DNA of 64,000 nt from Macrostomum hystrix (GCA_950097015.1 CATNEN010000003.1:15748001-15812000); one strand, 5' to 3'; positions 40,101-51,983 are shown, numbered from the stretch's first letter. The notes: generated by a model from the letters alone, not told the origin. Numbers and translations: made by a program.

Positions 40101-43100
40101 AGATCTGTTTCGGTTTCGGTTGAAAACTGCCCCACTTTGAGTCCAGCATGCAAACTCTACTGCCCAGTGACTACATTGAGGACATATATAGCCCAGCCCA
40201 TTGCTGCTTGTCTTACAACTGTCTCAAAAGATGCGTCTTGTCTCATCTGTGCTTCCTAATCTCCTCACTGTTATCTCCTCACTCTAATCTTCCCACTTTA
40301 ATCTCCTCACTCTAATCTCCTCACTGTTATCTCCTCACTCTAATCTTCCCACTTTAATCTCCTCTCTCTAATCTCCTGTCTCTAATCTTCTCTCTTTAAT
40401 CTTCTCCCTCTAATCTCTTCTCTCTCTAATCTCCTCTCTCTCTAATCTCCTCTCTCTCTAATCTCCTCTCTCTCTCTAATCTCCTCTCTCTCTAATCTCC
40501 TCTCTCTCTCATCTCCTGTCTCTCATCTCCTCTCTCTCTAATCTACTCTCTCTCTAATCTCCTCTCTCTCTAATCTCCTCCCTCTCTAATATCTTCTCTC
40601 TAATCTCCTGTCTCTAATCTCCTCTCTCTCTAATCTACTCTCTCTAATCTCTTCACTCTAATCTCACCCATTCTATCCAAGATTTACAATAATTTCGATA
40701 ATTTTTAATCTGCTTTACAGATCTGTCGTAGCCAGAATTCGAGAGGTTCGACTTAAAAAGGACAATGGACTGCTTGGCTTGCGACTACAGAAGAAGTCAG
40801 ATGTGAGTTCTATGGGTAAAAGTAATGGGGAATAAAACTAAACTAAAGTACATGCTGGTGAGTTAAGCTTTCCAGCTACTGTGATGGACATGCTAAGGTT
40901 GAGGAAGCTGTGATGAAGCTAAGGATGAAATTAACTAAGATCAGAGTGATATCAGAGTGATATTGGCACTCAAAATAGCTCAAATATACTCATGAAAGAG
41001 AACACAACTCAAATTGACCCCACCCTCGAGGGCAAGTCATGTTTTCGTGTGCTCAGACCACGCCCGCGAGAGAAATTAGCACGAATCATATCAGGCTTCC
41101 CGCCAGCCACCCCGATTGATCCTGAAAGCAAGAAAGAACACAATAATAGGAGTAAAAAGGCAAAAGCAAGTTGATATCGCATAAAAAATGTCAAATCCTG
41201 CTTTGTTGCTTCAAGAGCTAGTGTTTCTGAGTAGATCGTTAAAAAAAACTGGATCTCTCATATACTGCTTTGCATTCTTAGACCCTCTGACTGATGTAAG
41301 GACTTTGACAATTGAGCACTTGAAAAAAATGAGCAAATCGTATTTGGTTCTTGACAATGGTTCATGGAGATTGGGTAGCGTTGCGGCCTCAACTGTCCAT
41401 GGACTGAACAAGCTGTACACAGCCTAATTGGAAGCGCGAAGATTGACTACCTGGCTATTGGTTTTAGTTTTACTGCAGCGATTAATGACCAGTATAGCAG
41501 GACCATGGAGAGCTCACATATTTTTCCCAAAATATTCATCCAATATGGGCATGAGTTTTTCTGCTTACAAAATTTAATCATGTCTCAACATTCGAAATGT
41601 CAAACTTCAGGGCCTCTACATAGATTTTGTTAAGCGCGGCACTTCAGCCTTCGAGGCCGGCCTGAAGGACGGAGATCAGGTGCTGAAGATCAACAGTCAC
41701 ATTGTCACCGACTGGTCCATGGAGGGCGCCATGGCTTTGCTGAAATCTATGGGCGAAAATGAGCAGCTTGCCCTGCTTGTTCGCGAAACACTACCTGTAG
41801 CCAACTTGCCCGGCACTGGACCAACACCTTTGCCCTTGGCAACTAGCAATCGGCATCATCAGAATCAGCAGCAGCAGCAGCCTTCGCAACACACTCGTCA
41901 ACATTCTGATCCAATCGACATTGAGAATCAGAAAACTCCTCAACAGCCGCAACCAGACGATGGAATCTGCGAGGACCCGGTGGCCGCGCCTGAAGAGACT
42001 CGACGTCGCAAGGTCATGAGTTCGAATCCGTGCACTTCAACCGACGATTTGGAAATTACGGAATTACCATCGGCGTCGCCGGAAGCTTCTGCGGTGGCTG
42101 CTGGCAACTCAACCAGCGCTTCAGTTGGCTTCTCCGCGTCAACATTCTTGAAGTCCTTCCACGGCCCCAGTCGGTTCACAAGCTTTTTAAGATCTTCCCG
42201 GTTCTCGAGACAACAGCCGCAGCCGCAGTCCTCGCAGCAGAAGCAGCCAGAAGAAGCAACGTCACATACACAACAGGGTGAACCTGCCGTTAGTAAAGGC
42301 AAAGAGGAAAGGTGAGAGCAATTCGGGGTTGATCTTTTTTAATTCGACTCAAAAACTTTATTGACGAGATGGATTAACAATACCAAACGTCAATGTCGAA
42401 GTAGATTAAAGATCCCAAACCTCAATGAGCAGGTAGATTAAAGATCCCAAACTAAATGTCCAGTAGATTAAAGATCCCAAACCTCAATGACCAAGTAGAT
42501 TAAAGATCCCAAACCTCAATGCCCACGTAGATTAAAGATCCCAAACCTCAATGACCAAGTAGATTAAAGATCCCAAACCTCAATGACCAAGTAGATTAAA
42601 GATCCCAAACCTCAATGACCAAGTAGATTATAGATCCCAAACCTCAATTTGAGCAGGTAGATTAAAGATCCCAAACCTCAATGCCCACGTAGATTAAAGA
42701 TCCCAAACCTCAATATCCAGGTAGATTAAAGATCCCAAACCTCAATGAGCAGGTAGATTAAAGATCCCAAACCTCAATGACCAAGTAGATTAAAGATCCC
42801 AAACCTCAATGACCAAGTAGATTAAAGATCCAAACCTCAATGACCAAGTAGATTAAAGATCCCAAACCTCAATGCCCACGTAGATTAAAGATCCCAAACC
42901 TCAATATCCAGGTAGATTAAAGATCCCAAACCTCAATGAGCAGGTAGATTAAAGATCCCAAACCTCAATGACCAAGTAGATTAAAGATCCCAAACCTCAA
43001 TGACCAAGTAGATTAAAGATCCAAACCTCAATGACCAAGTAGATTAAAGATCCCAAACCCCAATGACCAAGTAGATTAAAGATCCCAAACCTCAATGTCC

Positions 43101-43444
43101 AGTAGATTAAAGATCCCAAACCTCAATGACAAAGTAGATTAAAGATCCCAAACCTCAATGTCCAGTAGATTAAAGATCCCAAACCTCAATTTCCAGGTAG
43201 ATTAAAGATCCCAAACCTCAAGGACCAGTGATTAAAGATCCCAAACCTCAATGACCACGTAGATTAAACCTCAATGACCACGCAGATTAAAGATTCCAAA
43301 CCTCAATGACCAGTAGATTAAAGATCCCAAACCTCAATGACCACGTAGATTAAACCTCAATGACCACGCAGATTAAAGATTCCAAACCTCAATGACCAGG
43401 TAGACAAAAGCAGGTGGATTATCTCCTATTTCAGAAGCAGTTAA
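27535..43444 (+). CDS. Tandem-PDZ (2 x PDZ) protein, syntenin-like, with long low-complexity N- and C-terminal regions (~521-523 aa); spliced gene
   Basis: Exons 27535-28140, 28960-29132, 40721-40802, 41611-42311 and probably 43435-43444 join in frame with GT-AG boundaries. PDZ-A: VREISLGRHNEEPYGMKVEAVGE|AFFITHIVRNSVAACAGLKVGDEIVRVN. PDZ-B: IREVRLKKDNGLLGLRLQKKSD|GLYIDFVKRGTSAFEAGLKDGDQVLKIN..W, which resembles syntenin PDZ1. A possible acceptor (aaacag, 27519) means further 5' exons cannot be excluded. Confidence 0.85.
28178..28770. repeat. 20-bp minisatellite (AATCCGCCCCCTCTGTAAAT) in PDZ intron 1
   Basis: direct periodicity; each unit contains CCGCCC (GC-box). Confidence 0.95.
28960..29132 (+). 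CDS. PDZ gene exon 2 (rest of PDZ-A)
   Basis: cag|GCA..CCCAG|gtaaga; encodes AFFITHIVRNSVAACAGLKVGDEIVRVNERRLEGLNTRDVLQAVRQSEMCVKLAYKP; missed by the ORF track. Confidence 0.9.
29136..33622 (+). repeat. ~4.5-kb 19/20-bp satellite (GAGATTTAGAGAGTGAGAT) starting at the intron 2 donor
   Basis: direct periodicity with recurring variant blocks. Confidence 0.97.
34380..34812 (-). repeat. Degenerate inverted copy of the 29.1-33.6 kb satellite
   Basis: ATCTCATCTCACTCTCTACATCTC units. Confidence 0.85.
35493..36548. repeat. 17-bp (15-19) minisatellite (CCTAGATTACTCTCTCA)
   Basis: direct periodicity. Confidence 0.95.
37345..37580 (+). mobile_element. SINE family A copy (diverged, in PDZ intron 2)
   Basis: CCCTGAGCTCAAATCCGCGGCGAGGCCACATTT, central hairpin and 3' GGGCAGAACTGCCTACTCGCTGGCT. 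Confidence 0.8.
37600..37990. repeat. Polypurine (GAGAGG)n low-complexity tract
   Basis: composition. Confidence 0.9.
38072..39730. repeat. 14-bp satellite: short purine-strand block (38072-38180) facing a long pyrimidine-strand block (TAATCTCCTCTCTC, 38265-39730)
   Basis: direct periodicity in both orientations. Confidence 0.93.
40256..40668. repeat. 14-16-bp satellite, same family as 38265-39730
   Basis: TAATCTCCTCTCTC units. Confidence 0.92.
40721..40802 (+). CDS. PDZ gene exon 3 (start of PDZ-B)
   Basis: tgctttacag|A..GAT|gtgagt; encodes SVVARIREVRLKKDNGLLGLRLQKKSD including the GLGL-type carboxylate-binding loop; phase matches both neighbours. Confidence 0.88.
41372..41430 (+). mobile_element. 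3' fragment of SINE family B
   Basis: GTCCATGGACTGAACAAGCTGTACACAGC matches the reverse complement of 59114-59142. Confidence 0.55.
41611..42311 (+). CDS. PDZ gene exon 4 (rest of PDZ-B plus Q/S/P-rich tail)
   Basis: cttcag|GGC; GLYIDFVKRGTSAFEAGLKDGDQVLKIN; ends AG|gtgaga, or at TGA 42313-42315 if unspliced. Confidence 0.88.
42390..43405. repeat. ~32-bp minisatellite (GTAGATTAAAGATCCCAAACCTCAAT plus variable 5-8 nt)
   Basis: ~31 copies. Confidence 0.95.
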
Positions 43445-43976
43445 CGATCAAGAAACAGAACCAAATATTGTCAGATAAACTCACCTATTGCAGCACATAA
43501 GCAGTCACTAAGAAGATAACAGTTTCTAAGGACCATCACGAGCAACACTGCGGCACGAGAATGTTCGACAAAGTAAATACGATATCGCATTTTGTACAGA
43601 CTGCTCTGGTCCCTAAATCTTTTTTCCCCATTTATCCCTGTCCTATTGCCCGGCACTTAAGCAATAGATCATTTATTGCTTACCATCATTGAACTATTGT
43701 TCCCAACAATTCAGTAAAATGTATGCACAAATATATTTCTATCTATCTCGTGCACTTGCATATTTTAGATTTTTGTCTATTTTAATTTTTTTTGTGTAGC
43801 GAATTCCTTTGTTTTCGAATTACATTTAGCTAAACTAGTTATTGTATTAGTCTCTGTTGAATAAATTTATTTCGTGAAGTTTTGTTTCTGCCTAATTCTC
43901 GTTAATACACTGTCCATGATTCCGTGACTTTTTAATAATACTGTCTCATTGATTGTGATTAAATGATCTGATCATA

Positions 43977-44580
43977 ACTCCTCTCTCCTCTCTCCTATCT
44001 ACTCTCTCCTCTCTCCTATCTACTCTCTCCTCTCTCCACTCTCCTATCTACTCTCTCCTCTCTCCACTCTCCTATCTACTCTCTCCTCTCTCCTCTTTCC
44101 TCTCTTCACTTCTCTCTCTCCAATATCCTCTCTCCTCTCTCCTTTCACCTCGCTCCTATCTACTCTCCCCTCTCTCCCCTCTCCTCTCTCCTCTTTCGTC
44201 TCTCTTCTCTCCTATCTCTTCTCTCCTATCTCCTATCTCCTATCTCCTCTCTCCTATCTCCTCTCTCCTATCTCCTATCTCCTATCTCCTCTCTCCTATC
44301 TCCACTCTCCTCTCTCCTCTCTCCACTCTCCTATACAACTCTCTCCTCTTTCCTCTCCCCTCTCTCCTCTCTCCTCTTTCGTCTCTCCTCTCTCCTATCT
44401 ACTCTCTCCTCTCTCCTATCTACTCTCTCCTCTCTCCTATCTCCTCTCTCCTGTCTCCTCTCTCCTATCTCCTCTCTCCTATCTCCTATCTCCTCTCTCC
44501 TCTCTCCTCTCTCCTATCTCCTCTCTCCTATCTCCTCTCTCCTCTCTCTTCTCTCCTCTCTTCTCTCTTCCCTCTCCTCA
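43977..44580. repeat. CT-rich 7-mer repeat (TCTCCTM)n
   Basis: composition/periodicity. Confidence 0.9.
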
Positions 44581-45267
44581 CTGCTTTCTAATGCCCTAGG
44601 CCCAGTCCTAATAATCTGCCTTAGATCTAAGAAAACTAACTTGAATCTAATCAAAGTGCACCAGTGGAAATTATAGTCAAAAATGTACATTAACTATCCT
44701 AGCAATGCTAAATAGCAATCACAACACCGTGGCAATGTACCAATTAGCATTCCCATATAGGATCCCAATCCCACTGTCTCCTCCAAGTTTATTCATCAAA
44801 ATTTCATCCTTGAAAAAGCTTCCCATTGTTGTCTAACATGAACTATGGCACACACCTCTTGCAAGCAAACTTAATATAGGAAGCATATTTTTGTTAGTAC
44901 ATTTTTTCCACGCAATATAATATGCATCGACTGTAAGCTCTTACGAAGAAAAAAACTTATTTAATATGTTTGTTCTCCTTTTAATTACAGTTTTAGTGTA
45001 CCTGCAGTTGCATCTGGTCTGTTTCCCTGCTACCTCGACAGTTTTTGATTAAGCGAAACAAATAAAATTTGCTGAAATAAAGAAATGAAGTTATCTATGA
45101 AAACTTTTTTTTGTTAATTTTACACACACGCAAACAACAAAGCTTATTTATTATGTATCAACGTGCTTTATTGTGTCCATAACTTACTGTCTAACATAAA
45201 AATTATGTGTTAGACAGATCGAAATTGTCTAAAATATGAAAATAATCCTGCATCTTGGCATTTTAGG

Positions 45268-46386
45268 CTGTGTAACAGCTAGAGTTAAGCTGTCTAACAG
45301 GTAAATTTAAGATCTCTAACAGGTGGAGCTAAGATGTCTAACAGATAGAGTTAAGCTGTCTAACAGGTGGAGTTAAGATGTCTAACAGGTGGAGTTAAGC
45401 TGTCTAACAGGTGGAGTTAAGATGTCTAACAGGTACAGTTAAGATGTCTAACAGGTGGAGTTAAGCTGTCTAACAGGTGGAGTTAAGATGTCTAACAGGT
45501 AGAGTTAAGCTGTCTAACAGGTGGAGTTAAGATGTCTAACAGGTGGAGTTAAGCTGTCTAACAGGTGGAGTTAAGATGTCTAACAGGTACAGTTAAGATG
45601 TCTAACAGGTGGAGTTAAGCTGTCTAACAGGTGGAGTTAAGATGTCTAACAGGTAGAGTTAAGCTGTCTAACAGGTACAGTTAAGATGTCTAACAGGTGG
45701 AGTTAGGCTGTCTAACAGGTGGAGTTAAGATGTCTAACAGGTAGAGTTAAGCTGTCTAACAGGTGGAGTTAAGATGTCTAACAGGTAGAGTTAAGCTGTC
45801 TAACAGGTAAAGTTAAGATGTCTAACAGGTGGAGTTAGGCTGTCTAACAGGTGGAGTTGAGATGTCTAACAGGTAGAGTTAAGCTGTCTAACAGGTGGAG
45901 TTAAGCTGTCTAACAGGTGGAGTTAAGATGTCTAACAGGTAGATTTAAGCTGTCTAACAGGTACAGTTAAGATGTCTAACAGGTGGAGTTAGGCTGTCTA
46001 ACAGGTGGAGTTAAGATGTCTAACAGGTAGAGCTAAGCTGTCTAACAGGTAAAGTTAAGATGTCTAACAGGTGGAGTTAAGCTGTCTAACAGGTGGAGTT
46101 AAGCTGTCTAACACGTGGAGTTAAGCTGCCTAACAGGTAAAGTTAAGATGTCTAACAGGTAGAGTTAAGCTGTCTAACAGGTAAAGTTAAGATGTCTAAC
46201 AGGTAAAGTTAAGATGTCTAACAGGTGGAATTAAGATGTCTAACAGGTGGAGTTAAGATGTCTAACAGGTAGAAGCTGTCTAACAGGTAAAGTAAAGATG
46301 TCTAATAGGTGGAGTTAAGCTGTCTAACAGGTAGAGTTAAGCTGTCTAACAGGTAAAGTTAAGATGTCTAACAGGTAGAGTTAAAC
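45268..46386. repeat. 22-bp minisatellite (TGTCTAACAGGTRGAGTTAAGM), ~50 copies
   Basis: direct periodicity. Confidence 0.96.
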
Positions 46387-46882
46387 TATTAGTGAGAATG
46401 AAAAGTATTTTTTGAAGTAATAGTCTTTTCTTTAGGCAAGGTTTTATAATTGTCAATAAATATAATAAAATAATTTGAATTGAATCTTTTGAGTGCAGCC
46501 ATAAGCCGGCTGCTTTAACAAGCCATTTTCGTGTCATTTTGTGGGCTCCGTTATTTGCTTTTAGTGAATCTTTTAGGAGCGCAACACAATATTTTCGGGA
46601 GCTTATATTACAATCGGCCCTCATTCAGTCCTCGAATGATCCGCTATGACACGCAATAAAGAGGCCATAAATTGAGTACTATTTCATATAGTAACATTTT
46701 TCTGTATCTCTTAAAATTTTCAACCACCTGCGCTGAAACTAACATTTTCCGCTCAATGAGATGAAACAATTTCCAGAGTCACTAAACTAAAGGCAAGATG
46801 TTTTTCTGCTTCAAATCATTGTGTAACCAAATGGGCTATTATTTTTATGATATTGTATTGATTATAATATTAATAATATTAA

Positions 46883-47300
46883 CCTATCTCCTCTCTCCTA
46901 TCTCAGCTCTCTCCTATCTCCTCTCTCCTATCTCCTATCTCCTCTCTCCTATCTCCTATCTCCTCTCTCCTATCTCCTATCTCCTACCTCCTATCTCCTC
47001 TCTCCTATCTCCTATCTCCTCTCTCCTATCTCCTATCTCCTACCTCCTATCTCCTATCTCCTACCTCCTATCTCCTCTCTCCTATCTCCTATCTCCTCTC
47101 TCCTCTCTCCTATCTCCTATCTCCTCTCTCCTATCTCCTATCTCCTCTCTCCTATCTCCTATCTCCTACCTCCTCTCTCCTCTCTCCTATCTCCTATCTC
47201 CTCTGTCCTCTCTCCTATCTTCTCTCTCCTATCTACTCTCTCCTCTCTCCTCTTTCCTCTCTTTTCTTCTCTCTCTCCAATCTCCTCTCTCCTCTCTCCT
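46883..47300. repeat. CT-rich 7-mer repeat (TCTCCTA)n
   Basis: periodicity; same family as the 44 kb tract. Confidence 0.9.
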
Positions 47301-47632
47301 TGAAATAATTGCAGAAGAGCTGCAGGCCATGGTACATCATTTCTTACACTAGGCCTGTAGCCAGCGAGGAGGCAATTCTGCCCATTTCGCTGACTCCTGC
47401 GCACACACGCACACGGATACTGTACGCAGGCACACACTCACTTTCTCATCGTCAGGCAGTGTACACTCTCACTGTGCCTTGGAGGTCGGACCTCAAGGGC
47501 GTGAATTGCACGACAACCCCCCAAGCCTTCTCTCCGCGACTGCGCCACAAATAAATGTGGCCTCGCCGCGGAATCGAGCTCAGGGACCTTGGTGTGAGGG
47601 GCCAACTCGTTAGCCACTTTGCCAGTTACCCC
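47301..47632 (-). mobile_element. tRNA-derived SINE family A, most complete copy
   Basis: Minus strand begins GGGGTAACTGGCAAAGTGG (A box) ... GAGCTCGATTCC (B box); body homologous to three other copies in the window. Confidence 0.85.
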
Positions 47633-48379
47633 ATATATTTATTACATTTTTAGTTCTTATATGTACTTTTAATGAGAGGGAAGTAGAATGACAGTGAGAA
47701 ATAGGTGAGAAATATATTAAGAATAAAACAAAAAGAATTGGATTGAATAAGTCGCCTTAGTGACAGTTCATTCTACTGGATCATTAGTTTTGACCGCATG
47801 GCAACAAGATTACCGCTGTCACCTGTGCTGTGAAGCAAGTCATCCAGGGTTTTGTTTTGTACTTTTTTGCCTTTTGTTCAGATTTAGTCAAGGCAAAATA
47901 ATTGTTTATACTCGTAGATAGAAAAATTATGTTTTTCGTTTGTTGAAATGATGGTTTAATATCGATTTAATCGATAATATCGATAATATCGATTTGTCGA
48001 AAAGTAAGCAATTAAGTAACTTCTCAAGCAAAAAGTATTGGAAAAGTACATTGTAATGACCTAGAAAACAATTAATTGTACCCAAATATGAGGTTTTCGA
48101 TCATCTACGTAGCTGAGTCCCATATTAAAAAATTTTTGATAAAAGAGAGACAGGAAATGATTTATAATGAACAAGAGCAAGCAGCTATTATAGCGAACGT
48201 GCTTGACAATAGACTGCAGGAAAATGGTCGCTTATAAAATAAATCAGAATTAGCTAAGCTCGTACCATACATTTTCCATGTCTACAACTTCCATTATTCA
48301 TTTCATAATGATCCACAATAGATTCGACAGTAAGGCTTCGTGCTTTTCTGCGAATCCTGCTTCTTACTTTCCTGCAGTG

Positions 48380-50430
48380 GTTCCTGCTACGATTCTATCT
48401 TCGATTCCAGCTACGATTCTATCTTCGATTCCAGCTACGATTCTATCTTCGATTCCAGCTACGATTCTATCTTCGATTCCAGCTACGATTCTATCTTCGA
48501 TTCCAGCTACGATTCTATCTTCGATTCCAGCTACGATTCTATCTTCGATTCCAGCTACGATTCTATCTTCGATTCCAGCTACGATTCTATCTTCGATTCC
48601 AGCTACGATTCTATCTTCGATTCCAGCTACGATTCTATCTTCGATTCCAGCTACGATTCTATCTTCGATTCCAGCTACGATTCTATCTTCGATTCCAGCT
48701 ACGATTCTATCTTCGATTCCAGCTACGATTCTATCTTCGATTCCAGCTACGATTCTATCTTCGATTCCAGCTACGATTCTATCTTCGATTCCAGCTACGA
48801 TTCTATCTTCGATTCCAGCTACGATTCTATCTTCGATTCCAGCTACGATTCTATATTCGATTCCAGCTACGATTCTATCTTCGATTCCAGCTACGATTCT
48901 ATCTTCGATTCTAGCTACGATTCTATCTTCGATTCCAGCTACGATTTTATCTTCGATTCCAGCTACGATTCTATCTTCGATTCCAGCTACGATTCTATAT
49001 TCGATTCCAGCTACGATTCTATCTTCGATTCCAGCTACGATTCTATCTTCGATTCCAGCTACGATTTTATCTTCGATTCCAGCTACGATTCTATCTTCGA
49101 TTCCAGCTACGATTCTATATTCGATTCCAGCTACGATTCTATCTTCGATTCCAGCTACGATTCTATCTTCGATTCTAGCTACGATTCTATCTTCGATTCC
49201 AGCTACGATTTTATCTTCGATTCCAGCTACGATTCTATCTTCGATTCCAGCTACGATTCTATATTCGATTCCAGCTACGATTCTATCTTCGATTCCAGCT
49301 ACACGATTCTATCAACGATTCCTGCTTTGCTTTTATATTCGATTCTAGCTACGATTCTATTTGCGATTCCTGCTTCGATTCTATCTTCGATTCCAGCTAC
49401 GATTCTATCTTCGATTCCAGCTACGATTCTATCTTCGATTCCAGTTACGATTCTATCTTCGATTCCAGCTACGATTCTATCTTCGATTCCAGCTACGATT
49501 CTATCTTCGATTCCAGCTACGATTCTATCTTCGATTCCAGCTACGATTCTATCTTCGATTCCAGCTACGATTTTATCTTCGATTCCAGCTACGATTCTAT
49601 CTTCGATTCCAGCTACGATTCTATATTCGATTCCAGCTACGATTCTATCTTCGATTCCAGCTACGATTTTATCTTCGATTCTAGCTACGATTCTATCTTC
49701 GATTCCAGCTACGATTTTATCTTCGATTCCAGCTACGATTCTATCTTCGATTCCAGCTACGATTCTATATTCGATTCCAGCTACGATTCTATCTTCGATT
49801 CCAGCTACGATTCTATCTTCGATTCCAGCTACGATTTTATCTTCGATTCCAGCTACGATTCTATCTTCGATTCCAGCTACGATTCTATATTCGATTCCAG
49901 CTACGATTCTATCTTCGATTCCAGCTACAATTCTATCTTCGATTCCAGCTACGATTCTATCTTCGATTCTAGCTACGATTCTATCTTCGATTCCAGCTAC
50001 GATTCTATCTTCGATTCCAGCTACAATTCTATCTTCGATTCCAGCTACGATTCTATCTTCGATTCTAGCTACGATTCTATCTTCGATTCCAGCTACGATT
50101 CTATCTTCGATTCCAGCTACACGATTCTATCAACGATTCCAGCTACGATTCTATCTTCGATTCCAGCTACACGATTCTATCAACGATTCCTGCTTTGCTT
50201 TTATATTCGATTCTAGCTACGATTCTATCTTCGATTCTAGCTACGATTCTATCTGCGATTCCTGCTTCCTACGAATCTATCTGCAATTCCAGCTATACGG
50301 TTCTATCTTCGATTCCATATTTACGATTCTATCTTCGATTCCAGCTACGATTCTATCTTCGATTCCAGCTTCGATTTAATCTTCAATTCTACCTTAGATT
50401 CTATCTTCGATTCCTGCTACGATTCTGCTC
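48380..50430. repeat. 24-bp satellite (GATTCTATCTTC GATTCCAGCTAC), a dimer of related 12-mers, ~85 copies
   Basis: direct periodicity. Confidence 0.97.
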
Positions 50431-51890
50431 CTTTCCTGTTGCGATTCTGAAAGCCTTCTTAAGCTTTGGTTCAGTTTTATGATTCCTTTTAGTTGAATCC
50501 GTGCTATAAATGTTTCATCGCAATTCAGCTGCTAAAATACTATTATAAATTCATCAGCTCATAGTAACAAGAAGCTTCACCCAGTTGGTTATTAGCGCAA
50601 ACCTGCATTCGTCGCTTTCGTCGCCTAATCGCGCCGTTGTCTCATGCTTCAATGCGCTCACTAACAGCATGTCCTGGAGTGCTAGTCCCCCTATGTATGC
50701 ACGAGCGCCTAGTTATACTCGTTGGCTAATATACGGAAGGAGGCCGGTGTGTGGGCCTAATTATTGTTGGGGAGGGAGTTTTGCTACATTTTGACTGCGA
50801 TGCAATGATATATTAAGCTCTCTAGTTGTCTAATACGCTCTTAGATATACACATCCGGCGCCTCGACATCAGTGTCTGACTTTGACCATCTATCTAGCTA
50901 TTTCATTCATTTTTTGCTCCATCTGTAAATTACTTCGATTTCTAGCTCCTGAGTTTGCATTTTTCTTTCCACGAAGAGTAGATCGAAGAAGAGCCCCCTA
51001 ATTACAGATCTACACGGCAGCATCATCATCGAGATGTAGACTTTGATGAACCGCTATAAAACAGCTGCTACACGAGATACGAGCCACTGCACGATTAATG
51101 ATTAGCCATCTTCACTTCAGCCTGTGACAAATGCGACTCAATAGCCTGTTCCACTTGAATTAATTCTAAAAGCTAATATCTTCTGCTTTCAGATGGCTAG
51201 ATTTTAACTCGAGTTCAACGGACGGGTCATTTAGAAGGCCCTGTATAAAATTTTATGATGACGAAAAATCTAGTAGCTACATGTCGGGATGCTGCAATTA
51301 TAATTTTTTCTAGTGTGAAATGAAGAGGAATAATCAAAGCTGCCTGAAGCAGCTGCAGAATCTGTCTAGAGCAGGTTAAGAGATCACATGCCTGTGAGAG
51401 GTAACCCTCAGTTTGGATTATAACATATTTCTTATGTGTAGTCATTTCTCGTACTAATATATATAGTTTTTTCTTGCATTGTTTTTTAAATATGACTACA
51501 TCATTTTCTTTTACGTACTTACTTACGTATATTCATATATTCGTAATTCACGTTAATCGCATAAATACGGTTAGTAAATGTTAAAACAAAAATAAAGGAA
51601 CAATAGTCTTCCTATTTATATAAATTAATTTTAGAAACATTTCTTCCTGATATTTTTCTTACAAACAATTTTTGGTAATAAAAATCATGTAATTTTTTCT
51701 TCTTTATGGACGCCAAATTTTGCCGTTTCTTATTCAACTTGAATCGATATGCCACTTTTACAATGCTTACTTTAATTGACTTCCTAGAGCTTCCAAGCTT
51801 CACTAGTAGAATAAAAAAAACTGAATTTAACTGATCTGTGTTCTTCTTATATATATTTCGTTTATTAGTACAATTTTTTCTTTTTCAAGA

Positions 51891-51983
51891 ATGGCTACGT
51901 CCTTTACTACACCATATTCAATTAACGGCTCAAATGTAACTGTGTCAATGGGTAGTAACATTCCAAAGCCAAAGCAATTCCAG
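51891..51983 (+). CDS. NIPAL2: NIPAL exon 1 (N-terminus with NGS/NVT sequons)
   Basis: ATG just after a pyrimidine-rich acceptor (implies an upstream 5'UTR exon); donor CAG|gtacat. Confidence 0.7.

Noticed and set aside
42390-43405. CRISPR-like array
   Set aside because: The variable parts are 5-8 nt and recur rather than being unique 25-45 nt spacers; it lies in a eukaryotic intron/UTR and there are no cas genes.
47310-47395. HDV-like ribozyme in the SINE-A 3' end (minus strand GCCTCCTCGCTGGC equals the HDV P3/L3 string)
   Set aside because: There is no GG after the would-be P1 3' strand for P1.1 and no properly placed J4/2 C plus P2. The region folds more simply as nested hairpins, and the 37.5 kb copy alters the loop.
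47560-47632. Functional tRNA gene (also 21600-21667 and 59260-59336)
   Set aside because: A/B boxes are present but there is no proper cloverleaf, and each continues into a repeated SINE body.
48278-50482. Long ORFs (356 aa, 679 aa; ATILSSIP / SSYDSIFD / FQLRFYLR repeats) as a mucin or structural protein
   Set aside because: They are translations of a 24-bp satellite that lacks stops in all three + frames; frame switches occur freely, and there is no signal peptide or flanking domain.
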